A stretch of 64,000 nt of DNA. It comes from Candidatus Zhuqueibacterota bacterium (GTDB taxonomy: Bacteria; Zhuqueibacterota; Zhuqueibacteria; Oceanimicrobiales; Oceanimicrobiaceae). Below are positions 60,439 through 64,000 of the stretch, piece by piece. The translations under genes and the position numbers were made by a program. The notes under the pieces are model-generated. The model made no database searches and was not told the origin of the DNA. It was given only the letters and a program-made list of their open reading frames with translations. Each line of letters begins with the position of its first letter. The stretch's first letter is position 1. The stretch spans positions 26,772-90,771 of the forward strand of contig JAJDAD010000036.1 of assembly GCA_029262055.1 (NCBI GenBank). Reading direction: 5' to 3'.

Positions 60439-61771
60439 AATAGTATTTTTGTGTTTCAGAGGCGATCACTTTGGAAAGCAACAGGAGGCCGATCAAATTG
60501 GGAATCGCCATGAGCCCGTTGAAAACATCGGCAACCCCCCAGACAAGCTCCAACTTGGCAATAGCGCCAATCCCAACGAAAATACAAAACAGCACACGGT
60601 AAGGCTTGATACTCTTGTTGCCGAAGAGAAACTCCAACGATTTTTCGCCATAGTAACTCCACCCCAGGATAGTAGAATAAGCGAAAAAAATCAGGCCGAG
60701 CGCTACGATCATGCCTCCCCACTGTCCGGGCAGTCCCGCCCCGAATGCTGCTGAAGTAAGCGGAGCGCCTGTTACACCTGAGGTCCACACACCGGTGGAG
60801 ATGATCACGAACCCGGTGAAGCTGCATACCACAATCGTATCGATAAAGGTCTGGGTCATCGATACCAGCGCCTGGTCTACGGGATTGCGGGTCTTGGCCG
60901 CCGCTGCCGCAATCGGCGAACTGCCGAGGCCGCTTTCATTGGAAAAGACACCACGGGCCACCCCCCAGCGAACGGATTGCATAACCAGAGCGCCCGCGAA
61001 TCCGCCGCTGGCAGCGGTCGATGAAAACGCATGTTTAAACACCAAGGCAAATGTCTCCGGAATCGCACTGAAGTTCAAAAAGACGATGACTGCGGCGCCG
61101 CCCAAGTAGAAAAGAATCATGACCGGCACTAGGACCTCAGTGACCCTTGCGATGCTCTTAATCCCTCCGAGGATGACGACGGCGGTTGCGCCGGCCAGGA
61201 ACAGGCCCGTCATCCAGGTGGGGATGCCAAAATTAGCATTCACCGCATCTGCGACCGAGTTTGATTGCACCATGTTTCCGATACCGAAAGCCGAGATTGC
61301 TGCGAAAATCGCAAACAGAGTGCCCAGCCACTTCCAGCCCAAACCTTCCGAAAGATAGTACATCGGACCGCCGCTCATCGTTCCGGATTTGTCAGTTTTG
61401 CGATATTTTACCGCCAGGACTGCTTCGCCGTATTTGGTTGCCATCCCGAAGAGACCGGTTACCCACATCCAGAACAAGGCACCCGGGCCGCCAAGCGTGA
61501 TGGCAGTCGCGACGCCGGCGATATTACCGGTTCCCACCGTTGCCGCCAGAGCTGTCATCAGCGCCTGAAAATGTGTGATGTCACCGGTTGACTCAGTGCC
61601 CTCCTTGCGTCGTATGAGAGCGAGATGCAACGAGTGTCCCAGGCTCCGGAATTGCAGGCCTTTGAGCAGAAAAGTCAAGTAGATGCCTGTCCCGACCAGC
61701 AGAATCAGCATTGGTGGTCCCCAGACATAGCTGCTGAGAGCGGCGAAGAAGTTGACTAGCTGTTGTTCCAT
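60416..61771 (-). CDS. Alanine/glycine:cation symporter (AGCS family)
   Basis: [43 protein letters not shown] before ATG 61771. Confidence 0.95.
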   Translation of the reverse strand: MEQQLVNFFAALSSYVWGPPMLILLVGTGIYLTFLLKGLQFRSLGHSLHLALIRRKEGTESTGDITHFQALMTALAATVGTGNIAGVATAITLGGPGALFWMWVTGLFGMATKYGEAVLAVKYRKTDKSGTMSGGPMYYLSEGLGWKWLGTLFAIFAAISAFGIGNMVQSNSVADAVNANFGIPTWMTGLFLAGATAVVILGGIKSIARVTEVLVPVMILFYLGGAAVIVFLNFSAIPETFALVFKHAFSSTAASGGFAGALVMQSVRWGVARGVFSNESGLGSSPIAAAAAKTRNPVDQALVSMTQTFIDTIVVCSFTGFVIISTGVWTSGVTGAPLTSAAFGAGLPGQWGGMIVALGLIFFAYSTILGWSYYGEKSLEFLFGNKSIKPYRVLFCIFVGIGAIAKLELVWGVADVFNGLMAIPNLIGLLLLSKVIASETQKYYYDVDKNT

Positions 61772-62064
61772 TCTCCCTCCGAATTGTTCAAGGGTAGAGA
61801 CTCTCTGATTCGGCCACACCAAACGTCAATGGGCTATTTGCACCATTGGCATGTTGAACCAATAGATTTATCTGTACAGGTGAACAGGCCTGAAGCAATT
61901 GGCTTCGAGGAAGATGAGCCCGCAACAGACGGATAGAGTTGACATCCTCCTCAAAGTAACACACATTTGAATCGGCTGGACCGGCCTCGGAAAGTTTTTG
62001 ACCAAATGTTCAAGCGAAATATATTAAAGTCGCCGCAAAAGAACAACCAGTAACTGTGATGCAG

Positions 62065-62808
62065 CTAGTGCTCTCTGATTTGGCGGGCGGCTTCTTTGTA
62101 CTTTTCTGCCAAGTCGGTTTTGCCGGCACGTTTGTAGAGGGTGCCGAGGTTTCGCAGAACAACAGCTACTTGTGGGTGATGATGCCCGTAGTGCGTCTGC
62201 CGGATGGCGAGGGCGCGTTGATACAATGGTTCTGCCTGCTCGAAGAGTTTCCGCGTCTTAAAAATGCCGGCCAGGTTGTTGAGCGATGTTGCGAGATTGG
62301 GGTGGTCCGGGCCGAGCTGTTTCTCTATAATATCTATGGCGCGACGGTATAGCGCCTCAGCCTCAGGCAATTTCCGCCAGGAATCATAGAGCACGGCCAG
62401 ATTGTTGAGGGAGACCGCCACATCGAGATGATCGTTGCCAAGAGCTTTTTCCCGAATCGCCAGGGCTTCTTTGTGCAAAGCCTCCGCCTCGAAGAATTCA
62501 CCTTGCTGCTTGTACAGGACGGCGAGATTGTTGAGGGATGTGGCGACCTCCGGGTGGTCCTCTCCCAAAGTTCGCTTACGGATGGCCCAGGCCTCTTCGT
62601 AGAGTTTTTCAGCTTGTGCCAGCTCACCCAGCGATTTGTAGATTCCTGCCAGATTATTCACCGATGTCGCAACACTGGGATGCACCGAGCCGTTGGCGTC
62701 GCGCGCTATTTTCAGCGCTTGTTCGGCGAGTTGTAAAGCTTCATCCATGGCGCCGCGACCGTAGGCGAGGGCCACCTTGCGGTTCATTTCATCCCAGACC
62801 GAATTCAT
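62065..62808 (-). CDS. TPR-repeat protein (kinesin-light-chain-like)
   Basis: Repeated HP.VATSLNNLA.LY 42-aa units; AGGAG RBS. Confidence 0.9.
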   Translation of the reverse strand: MNSVWDEMNRKVALAYGRGAMDEALQLAEQALKIARDANGSVHPSVATSVNNLAGIYKSLGELAQAEKLYEEAWAIRKRTLGEDHPEVATSLNNLAVLYKQQGEFFEAEALHKEALAIREKALGNDHLDVAVSLNNLAVLYDSWRKLPEAEALYRRAIDIIEKQLGPDHPNLATSLNNLAGIFKTRKLFEQAEPLYQRALAIRQTHYGHHHPQVAVVLRNLGTLYKRAGKTDLAEKYKEAARQIREH

Positions 62809-63244
62809 TGAACACTCCTGGCAAGTCCTTTGCGCTTACTACGAGGTTTCCGGGAAGTGACCCGACCACCGAATCGACAGCCTTCAGTTCCGGTGCGCGC
62901 ATACGAGGCGCGAGCAGGTTTTGGCTGGCATGCAGATCGGATTCAGCAACCCGATAGAAAAATGTACGTGCGGACTGTACACTTTGCATAACTCTCCGTT
63001 CCGGCGCCCGGGTTTGCGTTTCCGGCGGAATACCCCTACTTTCCGCCAGACTAATCCCCGGGATGCTCCATGAAACAGCGCATTGCGCAAAAATCTATCG
63101 CTGCCTGCCATGCAGGAGGGATTTTTGCAGAACAGGGGCGGCAACATTTGACAGACACGGATTTAACCCGAAAAGACCTTCCGGGATGACGGGAAGCAAA
63201 TTCATGAATGGCGCAGGATAATCACGAAGAGAGGAAAGTTCTCA

Positions 63245-64000
63245 GTGGCGCATATCATTTACTACATTAGTGGCCATGGTTATGGTCATGCCACCCGATC
63301 GTTGGAAGTTATTAGAACCGTGCTGCGCGACCGGTCTGATTTCTTTTTTCATGTTAGAACCAATGCACCCTCCTGGATAGTAGAGCTCAACCTGGCTTCC
63401 AATTTCGATCTACACAACTGCTCCCTAGACGTTGGGGCTGTGCAGCAAACCAGTTTTAAGGTCGACAAGCCCGCCACCCTGCAGGCTGTGCGGAGGCTGC
63501 TGAGCATGCGCGCTGAGATAATCGATCGCGAGAGAAAGTTTGCACAAGGGGTCGGGGCAAAGCTGATTGTCTCGGACATCCCGTTCATTGCCTTTGACAT
63601 TGCAGCGGGAATGAGCATCCCGGGCATCGGTGTAGCCAACTTTTCCTGGGATTGGATTTACGGAGACTTTGCGGTTGAACTGCCGGAGTTTACGGATGCG
63701 ATTGATGAGATCAGGGAATCATACGCAAAGACAACCCGACTTTTACGGTTGCCGTTACACGGAGACTTTTCTGCGTTTCCGGCCATCCGCGACATTCCCT
63801 TCATAGCGCGCCGGGCGGAGAGAAGTGCCGCCGAAACCCGGGAGCTGCTTGGACTCGAACAAAGAAGCGGGAAGAAAGCTGTTTTGATCGCCCTGCGTCC
63901 GTCTGACTTGGCCGGTGTGAATCTGCAGGCTTTGAGTGCGGTGCCGAATGTCGTGTTTGTCACCCTGGGGTTGCAGCGCGCACTTCCCAACGGCATAAAC
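63245..64000 (+). CDS. 5' part of a GT-B fold protein resembling the L-arabinokinase N-terminal domain (runs off the window)
   Basis: Not in the ORF track; GAGGA RBS, GTG 63245: MAHIIYYISGHGYGHATR..LIVSDIP..NFSWDWIY. Confidence 0.85.
   Translation, partial: MAHIIYYISGHGYGHATRSLEVIRTVLRDRSDFFFHVRTNAPSWIVELNLASNFDLHNCSLDVGAVQQTSFKVDKPATLQAVRRLLSMRAEIIDRERKFAQGVGAKLIVSDIPFIAFDIAAGMSIPGIGVANFSWDWIYGDFAVELPEFTDAIDEIRESYAKTTRLLRLPLHGDFSAFPAIRDIPFIARRAERSAAETRELLGLEQRSGKKAVLIALRPSDLAGVNLQALSAVPNVVFVTLGLQRALPNGIN

Noticed and set aside
61772..61960. Glycine riboswitch or leader peptide upstream of the AGCS symporter
   Set aside because: No GGAGAG/CCGAAG/CUCUCAGG core; the 25-codon frame has zero spacing between GGAGG and ATG.

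Overview
64 kb of a moderately GC-rich diderm bacterial chromosome, most likely FCB superphylum (KSB1/Calditrichota-like). This is inferred from four large secreted proteins ending in a NYPNPFN..T.I.Y FlgD-Ig/T9SS-type C-terminal domain. Housekeeping genes: ferritin, gpmA, thrA, asd, rnr, era, TonB, SpoIID, alanine symporter, YhhQ, AGXT-type aminotransferase. No rRNA, tRNA, CRISPR array or intact mobile element was seen. Accessory loci of note: (1) a convergent four-gene cassette at 33.5-36.6 kb (1-TM HisKA_3 kinase, NarL regulator, multi-TM protein, duplicated-domain protein ending in CPPFC plus an ssrA-like tail), a candidate uncharacterised signalling system; (2) a 1 kb intergenic region before ferritin with a promoter/terminator-bounded structured ~230-nt RNA carrying a 13-nt complement of the 16S 3' end, followed by three tandem ~100-nt hairpin repeats; (3) an 8-gene envelope redox operon (3 beta-barrels, HzsA-like diheme lipoprotein, TlpA, DUF4266, DUF3570, NHL/CTD protein); (4) two paralogous modular secreted proteins, each followed by a small partner with the same W..GG-TM-LPxPPxxP C-terminal tail; (5) a stand-alone FAS-II-type cluster. 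All family assignments come from motifs recognised by eye; no database searches were run.
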